Origin: Mobula hypostoma
Lineage: Eukaryota
Direction: 5' to 3'
Assembly (NCBI RefSeq): GCF_963921235.1
Contig: NC_086097.1
Location: forward strand, 72,728,001 to 72,792,000
DNA length: 64,000 nt
In this document: positions 49,726-62,600 of the stretch, piece by piece
Position numbering within the stretch: position 1 is the stretch's first letter
How the letters are laid out: each line of letters starts with the position of its first letter
Program-made: the position numbers and the translations under genes
The notes under the pieces: model-generated
What the model was told of the DNA's origin: nothing
Seen by the model: the letters and a program-made list of their open reading frames with translations, nothing else
Database searches by the model: none

Positions 49726-52425
49726 GGGCAGGGATGGTTACAGAGTGTCAGGCTTTAGATGTTTCAGAAAGGACAGGGAGGGAGGCAAAAGAGGTGGAGG
49801 CGTGGCACTGTTGATCAGAGATGGCGTCATGGCTGCAGAAAAGGAGGAAGTCATGGAGGGATTGTCTACTGAGTCTCTGAGGGTGGAAGTTAGAAAGAGG
49901 GAGGGGTCAATAATTCTACTGGGTGTTTTTTATAGACCATCCAATAGTAACAGGGACTTTGAGGAGCAGATAGGGAGACAGATTCTGGAAAGGTGTAATA
50001 ATTACAGGGTTATCATGGTGGGAGATTTTAATTTCCCAAATATTGATTGGCATCTCCCCAGAGCAAGGAATTTAGATGGGGTGGAGTTTGTTAGGTGTGT
50101 TCAGGAAGGTTTCCTGACACAATATGTAGATAAGCATACAAGAAGAGACACTGTACTTGATCTGCTTTTGGGTAATGAACTTGGTCAGGTGACAGGTCTC
50201 TCAGTGAGTGAGCATTCTGGAGATAGTGATCACAATTCTATCTCGTTTACCATAGCATTGGAGAGGGATAGGAGCAGGCAAGTCAAGAAAACGTTTAATT
50301 GGAGAAAGGGGAAATATGAAGCTATCAGGTAGGAACTTGGAAGCGTAAATTGAGAACAGATGTTCTCAGGAAAATGTACGGCAGAAATGTGGCAAATGTA
50401 CAGGGGATATTTGCGTGGCATTCTGCATAAGTACGTTCCAATGAGACAGGGAAAGGATGGTATGGTACAAGAACCGTGGTGTATAAGGGCTGATGAAAAT
50501 CTAGTCAAGAAGAAAAGAAAAGCTCATGAAAGGTTCAAAAAACTAGGCAATGATAGAGGTCTAGAAGATTATAAGGCTTGCAGGAAGGAGCTTAAGAATG
50601 AAGTTAGGAGAGCCAGAAGGGGCCATGAGAAGACCTTGGCGAGCAAGATTGAAGAAAAGCCCAAGGCATTCTACAAGTATGTGAAGAGCAAGAGGATAAG
50701 ACATGACAGAATAGGACAAATCAAGTGTGACAGTGGAAAAGTGTGCAGGAACTAGAGGGGATAGCAGAGGTAATTAGTGAGTACTTTGCTTCTGTATTCA
50801 CTACGGAAAAGGATCTTGGTGATTGTAGGGAAAACTTACAGCGGATTGAAAAGATTGAGCATATTGACATTAAGAAAAAGCTTTTGGAAAGCATCAAGTT
50901 CAATAAATCTCCGGGACCAGACAAGATGTACCCTAGGCTACTGTGGGAGGTGAGGGAGGAGATTGCTGAGCTTCTGGTGATGATCTTTGCATCATCAATG
51001 GGGACGAGAGAGGTTCCAGAGGATTGGAGGGTTGCAGATATTGCTCCCTTATTCAAAAAAGGGAGTAGAGATATCCCAGGAAGTTATAGACCAGTGAGTC
51101 TTACTTCTGTGGTTGGTAAGTTGATGGAAAAGATGCCGAGAGGCAGGATTTATGAACATTTGGAGAGAGATAATATGATTAGGAATAGTCAGCATGGATT
51201 TGTCGAAGGTAGGTCATGCCTTACGAGCCCGATTGTATTTATTGACGACGTGACTAAACACATTGATGAAGGTAGAGCAGCAGATGTAGTGTATATGGAT
51301 TTCAGCAAGGCATTTGAAAAGGTACCCCACGCAAGGCTTACTGAGGAAGTGAGGAGGCATGGGATCCAAGGGGACTTGGCTTGCCCACAGAAGGCAAAGA
51401 GTGGTTGTAGACGGGTCATATTCTGCATAGAGGTCAGTCACCAGTGGTGTGCCTCAGGGATCTGTTCTAGGACCCCTTCTCTTCGTGATTATTATATATG
51501 ACCTGGATGAGGAAGTGGAGGGATAGGTTAGTAAATCTGCTGAAGACACAAAGCCTGGGGATGTTGTAGATAGTGTGGAGGACTGTCAGAGGTTACAGTG
51601 GGACATCGATAGAATGCAAAACTGGGCTGAGAGGTGGCAGATGGAGTTCAACCCAGCTAAGTGTGAGGTGGTTTATTTTGGTAGGTGAAATATGATGGCA
51701 GAATATAGTATTATTGGTCAGACTCTTGGCATTGTGGAGGATTTGAGGGATCTTGGGGTTCAAGTTCATAGAACACTCAAAGCTGCTGTGCAGGTTGACT
51801 CCGTGGTTAAGAAGGCATACGGTGCGTTGGCCTTCATCAACCATGGGATTAAGTTTAAGAGCTGAGAGGTAATGTTGCAGCTATATAAGACGCTGGACAG
51901 ACCCCACTTGGAGTACTGTGCTCAGTTCTGGTCGCCTCCCTACTGGAAGGATGTGGAAACTATAGAAAGGGTGGAGAAGAGATTTACAAGCCTGGTTTGG
52001 GGAACATGCCTTATGAGAGTAATTTGAGTGAACTTGGCCTTTTCTCCTTGGAGCAGCGGAGGATGAGAGGTGACCTGATAGAGGTGCATAAGATGATGAG
52101 AGGCATTGATGGTGTGGATAGTCAGACGCTTTTTCCCAGGGCTGAAATAGCTAACACAGCTTTAAGGTGCTTGGAAATAGGTACAGAGGAGATGTCAGGG
52201 GTAAGTTTTTTATGCAGAGAGTTATGGGCTGCCGGCGACGGTGGTGGAGGCAGATATGATAGGGTCTTTTAAGAGACTCCTGGATTCGTACATGGAGCTT
52301 AGGAAAGTAGAGGGTTATGGGTAATCCTAGGTAATTTCTAAAGTAAGTATGTGTTCGGCATAGCATTGTGGGCTGAAAGGCCTGTATTGTGCTGTAGGTT
52401 ATCTATGATTCTATTTTTCTATGTT
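49726..52425 (+). mobile_element. CR1 LINE ORF2 (APE endonuclease + RT, decayed) nested in Gypsy copy 2 gag
   Basis: RKDREGGKRGGGVAL, GVFYRP, GDFNFPNIDW, SDHN, KSPGPD, YRPVSLTS and YMDFSKAF, with a CR1 tail. Confidence 0.96.
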
Positions 52426-52947
52426 AGAAACTTGCCTGGCCGAACATATTGTGTTACCATTTTGGCATGGACTCACATGCACCAGACCAATGCAGGTTTA
52501 AAGGCAAAACTTTCAGTATGTGCAGCAACGTAGGACACAGACAAAGAGCATTTCAGACAGACAGAAATAAGTGGTTTCCACAGGGAAGGAAAAAAGATAA
52601 CAAGTCAAGTTGTGGTTTTAAAAAAGTACTAATCCCCATGCTATTGATGAAAAATCTGATAGTGATGAAAGTGATATGGGACTGGATACCTTGAGATTTA
52701 CAATATGAAAACTGATGTAACACCCTGGTTGAGATTCTTATTGCTATGCTGTAGGTATTTCATTTAGTAATTCTGTCAGAGCATATTGGGGTTTTAGCTG
52801 AGATAAGAGGCTTGGTTTTTCAACTCAGAAGTGTGATGTCAGCCAATTAGGATGGTAGAATTGGGAGAAGGTTCGAGAGAACATGGGGCGGAGAGGTCTT
52901 TGGCGAGAGCTGGGAGAAGACAGGAAGGAAGATGTTGGATGTACTTT

Positions 52948-54772
52948 AGAACATAGAACGTAGAACATAGAATAGTACAGCACATTACAGGACCTTCAGC
53001 CCACAATGTTGTGATGACCCTCAAACCCTGCCTCCCATATAACCCCCAACCTTAAATTCCTCCATATACCTGTCTAGTAGTCTCTTAAATTTCACTAGTG
53101 TATCTGCCTCCACCACTGACTCAGGCAGTGCATTCCATGCACCAACCACTCTCTGAGTAAAAAACCTTCCTCTAATATCCCCCTTGAACTTCCCACCCCT
53201 TACCTTAAAGCCATGTCCTCTTGTATTGAGCAGTGGTGCCCTGGGAAAGAGGAACTGGCTATCCACTCTATCTATTCCCCTTAATATCTTGTACAACTCT
53301 ATCATGTCTCCTCTCATCCTCCTTCTCTCCAAAGAGTAAAGCCCTAGCTCCCTTAATCTCGGATCATAATCCATACTCTCTAAACCAGGCAGCATCCTGG
53401 TAAATCTCCTCTGTACCCCTTCCAATGCTTCCACATCCTTCCCATAGTGAGGCAACCAGAACTGGACACAGTACTCCAAGTGTGGCCTAACCAGAGATTT
53501 ATAGTTTTATAGAATTATTAAGAATTATTAATAATTAAGAATCATTACATCGCGATTCTTAAACTCTATCCCTCGACTTATGAGAGCTAACACCCTATAA
53601 GCTTTCTTAACTACGCTATCTACCTGTGAGGCAACTTTCAGGGATCTGTAGACATGTACCCCCAGATCCCTCTGCTCCTCCACACTACCAAGTATCCTAC
53701 TATTTACTTTGCACTCTCCCTTGGAGTTTGTCCTTCCAAAGTGTACCACCTCACACTTCTCCAGGTTGAACTCCATCTGCCACTTCTCAGCCTACTTCTG
53801 CATCCTATCAATCTCTCTCTGCAATCTTCGACAATCCTCTATACTATCTACAACACCACCAACCTTTGAGTCATCTGCAAACTTGTCAACCCACCCTTCA
53901 ACCCCCACATCCAGGTCTTAATAAAAATCACGAAAAGTAGAGATCCCAGAACAGATCCTTGTGGGACACCACTAGTCACAACCCTCCAATCTAAATGTAC
54001 TCCTTCCACCACGACCCTCTGCCTTCTGCAGGCAAGCCAATTCTGAATCTACCTGGCCAAACTTCCCTGGATCCCATGCCTTCTGACTTTCTGAATAAGC
54101 CTACTGTGTGGAACCTTGTCAAATGCCTTACTAAAATCCATGTAAATCACATCCACTGCACTACCCTCATCAATATGCCTCGTCACCTCCTCAAAGAACT
54201 CTATGAGGCTTGTTAGACATGATCTGCCCTTCACAAAGCCATGCTGACTGTCCCTGATCAGACCATGATTCTCCAAATGCCCATAGATCCTATCTCTAAG
54301 AATCTTTTCCAACAGCTTTCCCACCACAGAGGTAAGGCTCATTGGTCTATAATTACCCGGACAATCCCTACTACCTTTTTTGAACAAGGGGACAACATTC
54401 GCCCCCCTCCAATCCTCCGGTACCATTCCCGTGGACAACGAGGACATAAAGATCCTAGCCAGAGGCTCAGCAATCTCTTCCCTCGCCTCATGGAGCAGCC
54501 TGGAGAATATTCCGTCAGGCCCCGGGGACTTATCTGTCCTAATGTATTTTAACAACTCCAACACCTCCTCTCCCTTAATATCAACATGCTCCAGAACATC
54601 AACCTCACTCATATTGTCCTCACCATCATCAAGTTCCCTCTCATTGGTGAATACCGAAGAAAAGTATTCATTGAGGACCTCGCTCACTTCCACAGCCTCC
54701 AGGCACATCTTCCCACCTTTATCTCTAAACGGTCCTACCTTCTCTCCTGTCATCCTTTTGTTCTTCACATAA
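52948..54772 (-). mobile_element. CR1 LINE 5'-truncated RT, nested in the solo LTR
   Basis: ORFs 54049-54825, 53528-53776 and 53021-53479(-) carry CR1 RT motifs, with a (TAGAACA)n tail. Confidence 0.95.
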
Positions 54773-54869
54773 TTGAGCAGATGAATGGCTTCAAGGAGGA
54801 AGGACCAATATTTCCATTTGTCCAAAAAAGATTTTGAGCAGCCTTTGGAAGTTGGTTCGTGCTTTCACC

Positions 54870-57380
54870 CCTATCCTGTTACTGCTATCCAAATGTGTCA
54901 TAATTTCATCTTTTATAATTCACTCCAGCATCTTTCCCACCATTGACGTGGTGAAAGCATCCAGAGACTTGGCCTCCACTGCCTTCTGGGGCAGAGCATC
55001 CCACATATCCACCACTCTCTGGGTGAAAAAGTTTTTCCTCAACTCCATTCTAAATGGCCTAACCCTTATTCTTAAACTGTGGCCTCTGGTTCTGGTCTCA
55101 CCCATCAGTGGGAACATGTTTCCTGCCTCCAATGTGTCCAATCCCTTAATAATCTTATATGTTTCAATCAGATCCCCCGTCATCCTTCTAAATTCCAGTG
55201 TATACAAGCCCAGTCGCTCCAATCTTTCAATAATCAGTAACAGGATAGGTCCAAGTCAGCATGGATTTACAAAGGGGAAATCGTGCTTGACTAATCTTCT
55301 GGAATTTTTTTGAGGACGTAACTATGAAAATGGACAAGGGAGAGCCAGTGGATGTAGTGTACCTGGACTTTCAGAAAGCCTTTGATAAAGTCCCACATAG
55401 GAGATCAGTGGGCAAAATTAGGGTACATGGTATTGGGGGCAGAGTACTGACATGGATTGAAAATTGGCTGGCTGACAGGAAACAAAGAGTAGCGATTAAC
55501 GGGTCCCTTTCGGAATGGCAGGCGGTGACCAGTGGAGTACCGCAGGGTTCAGTGCTGGGACCGCAGCTGTTTACAATATACATTAATGATTTAGATGAAG
55601 GGATTAAAAGTAACATTAGCAAATTTGCAGATGACTCAAAGTTGGTTAGTAGTGTGAAATGTGAGGAGGATGTTAAGAGAATGCAGGGTGACTTGGACAG
55701 GCTGGGTGAGAGGGCGGATGCATGGCAGATACAGTTAAATGTGGATAAATGTGAGGTTATCCACTTTGGTGGTAAGAACAGGAAGGCAGATTATTATCTA
55801 AATGGAGTCAAGTTAGGAAAAGGGGAAGTACAATGAGATCTAGGTGTTCTTGTACATCAGTCACTGAAAGCAAGCATGCAGGTACAGCAGGCAGTGAAGA
55901 AGGCTTAATGGCATGCTGGCCTTCATAACAAGGGGAATTGAGTATAGGAGCAAAGAGGTCCTTCTGCAGCTGTACAGGGCCCTGGTGAGACCACACCTGG
56001 AGTATTGTGTGCAGTTTTGGTCTCCAAATTTGAGGAAGGACATTCTTGCTATTGAGGGAGTGCAGTGTAGGTTCACAAGGTTAATTCCCGGGATGGCAGG
56101 ACTGTCACTTGTTCAATGATTGGAGCGACTGGGCTTGTATACACTGGAATTTAGAAGGATGAGAGGGAATCTGATTGAAACATATAAGATTATTAAGGGA
56201 TTGGACATGTTGGAGGCAGGAAGCATGTTCCCGCTGATGGGTGAGTCCAGAACCAGAGTATAAGAGTAAGGGGTAGGCCATTTAGAACGGAGTTGAGGAA
56301 AAACTTTTACACCCAGAGAGTGGTGTATATGTGGAATGCTCTGCCCCAGAAGGCAGTGGAGGCCAAGTCTCTGGATGCTTTCAAGAAAGAGATGGCGAGA
56401 GCTCTTAAACATAGCGGAATCAAAGGTTATGGGGATAAGGCAGGAACTGGATACTGATTGTGGATGATCAGCCATGATCACAGTGAATGGCGGTGCTGGC
56501 TCGAAGGTCCGAGTGGCCTACTCCTGCACCTATTGTCTATTGTCTATAAGAATGGGAAGTGGAATTGAAATTGCTGGCCACTGGGAGACCCTGCTTTTTC
56601 TGGCAGGTAGAGCATAGGTGCTCAGTGAAGTCAAGTTAGGAAAAGAGGAAGTACAACGAGATCTAGGTGTTCTTGTACATCAGTCACTGAAAGCAAGCAT
56701 GCAGGTACAGCAGGCAGTGAAGAAGGCTAATGGCATGCTGGCCTTCATAACAAGGGGAACTGAGTATAGAAGCAAAGAGGTCCTTCTGCAGCTGTACAGG
56801 GCCCTGGTGAGATCACACGGAGTATTGTGTGCAGTTTTGGCCTCCAAATTTGAGGAAGAACATTCTTTCTATTAAGGGAGTGCAGCGTAGGTTCACAAGG
56901 TTAATTCCCGGGATGGTGGGACTGTCATATGTTGAAAGATTGGAGCGACTGGGCTTGTATAACTGGAATTTAGAAGGATGAGAGGGGATCTAATTGAAAC
57001 ATATAAGATTATTAAGGGATTGGACACACTGGAGGCAGGAAACATGTTCCCACTGATGGGTAAGTGCAGAACCAGAGGCCACAGTTCAAGAATAAGGGGT
57101 AGGCCATTTAGAATGGAGTTGAGGAAAAACTTTTTCACCCAGAGAGTCGTGGATATGTGGAATGCTCTGCCCCAGAAGGCAGTGGAGGCCAAGTCTCTGG
57201 ATGCTTTCAATAAAGAGATGGCTAGAGCTCTTAAAGATAGTGGAATCAAAGGTTATGGGGATAAGGCAGGAACTGGATACTGATTGTGGATGATCAGCCA
57301 TGATCACAGTGAATGGTGGTGCTGGCTCAAAGGGCCGAATGGCCTACTCCTTCACCTATTATCTATTGTCTATTGTCTAT
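54870..57380 (+). mobile_element. Composite CR1 insertion: inverted 5' block, CR1 body, PLE fragment and a second CR1 3' copy
   Basis: 54870-55230 is inverted. 55235-56546 is CR1(+) with tail. ~56550-56628 is a PLE GIY-YIG fragment(-). ~56629-57380 is a second CR1 3' end with a (CTATTGT)n tail. Confidence 0.85.
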
Positions 57381-59650
57381 TCACGCGGGCTGTGGGTCCT
57401 GCGCGTGAGTTATAGACAAATTCAAGATTTGAGCTCCACCATACAGATGTGACTGTATAAGTATGATGGGCCCTTAATGTTTTTTCTTTCTTTCCTTTAA
57501 TAAATGTTTTCTGAATTTAACATTCTTAAATACACTTTGGATTAATTGTATGCCGTGTATGATCTGTTATTTTGCCGACAGGCGATAGCCAGGGCAGTAA
57601 ATCACACAGCATTCTCACAAACTGGGGTTAGTGTGGGCAAGGCATCCCTACCTCATGGATTTGACTGGACGAAGATTGAGAAAGATGGTTTTCTTGCACA
57701 TAATCCAATGGCTGTTAGCGAGGGTCTAGGAGCCACATTTCCAGAGACACCCAGTAAAAGGGGTTTTCACCAACAATAGACAAACAATATGGCTTACACC
57801 CGAAGAAAGCAGAAAATTAATTAAAATAGGATTAAACACTGTTTCAGCTGTTTCAATTATTCCACAGAATGAGTTTGAACGGCATTTCAAAGATACTAAA
57901 CTGAAGCCTGCAGATATCCAACTAAGAATTTATACTACAGAAAAGATAACTCCTGTGGGAATGACATTTGCAAATCTGAAACACAACAACCGACAAGCCA
58001 CACTGGGCTTATATATGGTAAAAACAGGAGGGCCAGTATTGAAGGGCTGTGATTGGCTGAGATCACTACAACTTGACTGGAGATCCATCCACTATTCGCA
58101 TGCCACATCCCTTTCAAAAGAGTCAACTGAAAGTGAATTAAGAAAGGTACTGGATGATGCCATAGCAATGTTCAAGGATGGCATTGTAAAACTCAAACGT
58201 ATCAAGAGTAAAATAGTGTGGAATGAAAATGCCACACACAAGTTTTACAAAGTCTGTCTGTATCTTAATACTATCTGTAATAAAGTAGTCAATGAGCTAG
58301 GTTTTATAGAGGCTGAAGGAATCCTTTCCATGTTTGAGTGAAGACCATGGGCAATGCCAGTGTTTCCATAGCCAAGATGAATGGGTTTGTCAGGACCAGT
58401 AGAGATTTTAAGGTCACCATCAACCCAGTACTGAAAGTAGATCAATGCCCTTTGCCCAGGATAGGGGATATATTTGCAAACCTTTCTGGAGGAAATCACT
58501 TCAGCAAAGTGGACTTAGCTGGGGCTTTCCTACAGATGGAGATGGAAGAAGAGTCCAAAGTGTTTTTCACCATAAACACTCACAAAAAGGCTTTATCATA
58601 ATAATAGCCTTATATTTGGAGTAGCATCTGCACCTTCACTCTATCAGAAAGCTGTGGACAAGGTGCTGCAAGACTGCTCAGGCACACAGTGTTACCCGGG
58701 TGACATCATTGTTCCATAAGTATGACAAGGAGCATCTCCAAAATCTCAAGACATTGCTGAAGAGATTAGAAGATTCTTGTCTCAGCCATGGTGCAACAAG
58801 TGCGAATTCTTAAAAACCAAGCACCACTTACTGCGGTCACACCACTGACGCACAAAGATTACAGAAGTCTGCAGAGAAAATTCAAGCAGTGGTGGATGCC
58901 CCAAGACCAAAGTATGTGTCACAGTTGTGGTCCTTTTTAGGATTTGTCAATTACTTTTACAGGCTTCTGCCAAACCTGGCTACTGTGCTCCACCTCTGGA
59001 ACTCATGCTGCAGACTGGGAAGAAATGGCAATGGACAAAGCAGTGTGAGGTGGCTTTTTGTGGTGGCCTGGGATAGATCAGCAGATCAAGACATGTTCAG
59101 GATGTTAACATGTTCAGAAGATGCCAAGAGCAGCACCTCTCTATCCCTGGAAATGGTCTGCTGTTGGCCAGCAGGAACTACAGTCCACAAATTAGTGGAT
59201 TTGAATGAATCAAGGACAGTGGAAACAAACAAGCCAATTGTCTTTGTGAACTCTGAATTGATTCTTGCTCTGGGATAATCTAATCAGAGCAATTGAATGT
59301 GGACACAACGAGCTTCAGATAATGACCTGCTAAACCCAAGACCATTCTCAGACGAGTAGCTGTTTATTATGTAAGGGGTAGAGCCATGAAACAATGTAGG
59401 TTGTAGCACTGGACTAGAACCAGTAAGAAGGTGACCCAGGTAGGTCAGGTGACCTTGAGCCAAGAGGATGGAGATCCACCAGTTCAATTGATGAGGAACA
59501 CTATAAGATTTCAGATCTCCAAATATATAACAGTGGTAACTCTGTGGGAGAACAACAATCGCAGACATGAGGTGCTCCATGTACATGTGGAGATTTGAAA
59601 TGGGACTACGAGGAACATGTGGCCAGCAGTAGAAACTTATTTTTAACTTG

Positions 59651-62600
59651 TGTAATGCTCTGTAAGGTTTCACCGCTAATGTAATGATTGCTCTGTAGCA
59701 GCAGTGTTTGGGTTATGACTAGAGATAACGGGGGAATTTGGAATGTGCGGTGTCCAATGACAGGTGCATTGTTTCTTTTTTGTGTGTCTGAGCGGAGATA
59801 TTCGTGGTCTTTTGTCAACGAGAGATAAAGAGAGAAGACGTGAGAGGAGTGATCTGGTAGACCGCAGGGCGGGGTGGACTTGGAGTGAGGGTCCGTGAGT
59901 TGATGATGCTCGGAGGAAATCGATGGGGAATTCAAGGACGGAAAACCACGAGCTCCAATGTGCACAATAGACTGTTTCATTAAAATGGGCCCTTTTTTCT
60001 TTTTGTTTTCTGTACTAACCATATAGCCAACTTAATAATTACAGTGCTTAATTGCTTGATTGCATATGGTATACTGTCTGATCTTCGTGGTGCTGAGTTG
60101 TAACAGGGAAACACATCACACAGTATCCACACAAATGAGATTTCATCAGTTTGGCGAGGGCGGCGACTGTCTTCACCTAGACTAATGCAGCCCACCGAAC
60201 CCGGGAGTTACAATTGTGAGGGTGTCATTCCGGGACTGATTTCGTTGGATGCCGTGTGATTGCCCTGAGCATTGAACCAGTGGGTTGTGTGTTTAAGTCT
60301 GTGCTGGTATGGATGCTGCCGGGATGGACCAGTGGTGTTTCTCCATGGGGTTATTGGTATGTGTTGAGCGGGGTAGATATTCGTACTCTGGATGAATTGT
60401 TTATTCGATTTTTAAGTACTGTTAAAGTTGTCAGCAAAGTTACGATTGTGGGACAAAGGTTTGGTAAAATGGCAGGCACAGACCTCGTTTTACTACAGAC
60501 TAGCGCTGACGTAACGGCAGTGGAACTGCCCGCTACTGTTGGTGCCACAGGGGAGTTGGGGCCATGGACTGTCCATACTGGCAGGGAGGAGGAGAGTGTA
60601 GCGAGTGGGCCGAATCACAAATTGAGTTTCCCGTAGCTGGGAGGCGGAGATTTCAGAGACAGGGTTCTATCATTTCTGAGGAGTGAGGGGAAGGATGGTC
60701 AGATTTGGAATGTCTAATTAGTCCCCATCCCCCAGTGAAGAGTGAGGGTTCTGAGTTGGCATCAGCCCTTACCTCTCCGGTGAATAAGTGGCCCAGTGTA
60801 CAGGCAGAGGGTCCCCACCGGAAGTTAAGAATGTTCTCTGGAATAATCCCACCCCTGAGGGGGAAGAGAAGTTTGAGATTTGGGCAGAGCAGAACTCTCA
60901 GTTGCTAGATGAGTAGCAGTGCGACTATATGGGGCATTGGAAAATGCTTTTGGCCCGACAGAAAACCCAATGGAGCTCATGATGGGGTTTCAGAACATGC
61001 GGCAGGAGCAGAGGGAGAAGCTTTCTGCCTACATTTTTCGGCTAAAGAAGCAGCTTAATTGCTTGTGGCGCAGAAGGGTCATTCGGGGTTCTGAGGGGGA
61101 TCAGTTAAGAATGGACCAGATAGCAAAGGGCACCCAGTCCCAGGACCTGATTGCTTGGGGTCTCTGACTGTCTCATAAGACGCACCCCCTCCCTCTTTTG
61201 TTGAGCTGATCAGAGAGGTACGGGAGGAGAAGAACACGAAAGAGGCGTGGGAGGGCTCCGTCAACAGGATACAGTCCTCAGTAGTAGCCCCTTGTGGTGA
61301 AGTGACCACTCCTAGCCCAACCCAGGGGGAGGAGATTGTGGCGGAGTTGAGAACTCAGATGTCCCAGTTGTTAACAGTGCGAGTGGCACTCCCGCATGAT
61401 GGGACGGATAGAGAGGCGGACCCCCGGAGGGGACGGACCACGCAGAGGGCTGCCAGTGGCCAGAGTTCCACAGGAAGGTGTGCGGCTGGTATTGTCTGTT
61501 ATAACTCTGGTGAAGAGGGACACTGCAGGCAAGAGTGTGAGCAGTGGGAAGCCCTTCGGCGAGCGAGCTCCCGGGTACCTAAGCAGAGAGAAACGTTGGG
61601 AACCTTGGAGGAGAGCCAGTGAGGTAACAGTCTGGTGTCTCTGGGGGAACACGTTCCCAGCAATGTACTAAGGAACTCCTGAAAGCAAAAGATGCTATTT
61701 CTGAAAGTTTAGTGGGGCCATGATCCAGTATATCACTACAGATAGAGGATATTTATGCTAAAGCTATACTCGAAACATACAACAGGTCACATTGTTGTAC
61801 TATTCATTTTACAACCAGTATCTGATGCATTTACCATTGACACCATTCAGTGCACTGGAGATCTGGGGTCTTAGTGCTGGTGATCATCCATACGATGGTT
61901 AGTGAAGCTGGAGTTTTCGGAAGCCAATATGGGAGTGTCTGAGGTCCTTGATTCATTAGTGCTGGTTTGTCCAGACTCCGTTGAGAAGGGCGGCGTTTCA
62001 GTTCTGGTGGGGACCAACACCCCTCTTGTGAGGAGGCTCATGGGGGCCTGCAAGGAGAAGGCAGGTGAGAGCTTTCTGGGAACATTGTCCATGCACCCCT
62101 GTATCAGGCTGCTTTTGAGTAAGTGCATGGCTGCATCGAGCCGGATACCGAATTTAGATGAGGGACTGTGTGGTTCACCCAGTCGAAGCTGATCGTGTTA
62201 CAGCCAGGGAAGTAGCGAGGGTGATGGGGACCCCCAAATTTCCCAGAATGCCTGAGGGTGAAGCCCTCTTAGTGGACGCTCCAGAGGACCACGAGAGGGA
62301 GTTGGGATTTGCTGCTGGGGTACTGGTGAGGCCCAAACTGCAGAAGCCCTTGGTTGTACAGGCGAGCAGGATGGCAGTGATTGTCAGGAACACTACGACG
62401 AGGGAGGTCATCTTCAAGCGGGGGATGCCCCTGGCGCATCTGTTCCCGGTGACGGTAACGTCTGTCATCCTGGTGATACACGCCGGGGAGAAACCCTCTG
62501 TAAAGGGGAGCAAGTTGACTGCAGAGTCATTCAACTTTGGGGACACCCTGGTACCTGCGGGTTGGAAGAGAAGGTTGATAGAGAAGATGTTGACACTTTT

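Larger units (their letters stand above)
52716..57769 (+). repeat. Solo LTR (~715 bp in three pieces: 52716-52947, ~54772-54868, ~57385-57769) interrupted by CR1s
   Basis: TGTAA...TTTCA ends. Flanks CTGA and CCAA are one-mismatch copies of CTAA, the uninterrupted sequence in Gypsy copy 1 (AAAACTAACAATAGAC). It shares motifs (GAGCTCCA, ATGGGCCC, TCACACAG) with the LTR at 59651-60212. Confidence 0.75.

Noticed and set aside
60309..61622. A true host PNMA gene
   Set aside because: It is frameshifted and sits between an LTR/primer-binding site and pol, so it is a retrotransposon gag.
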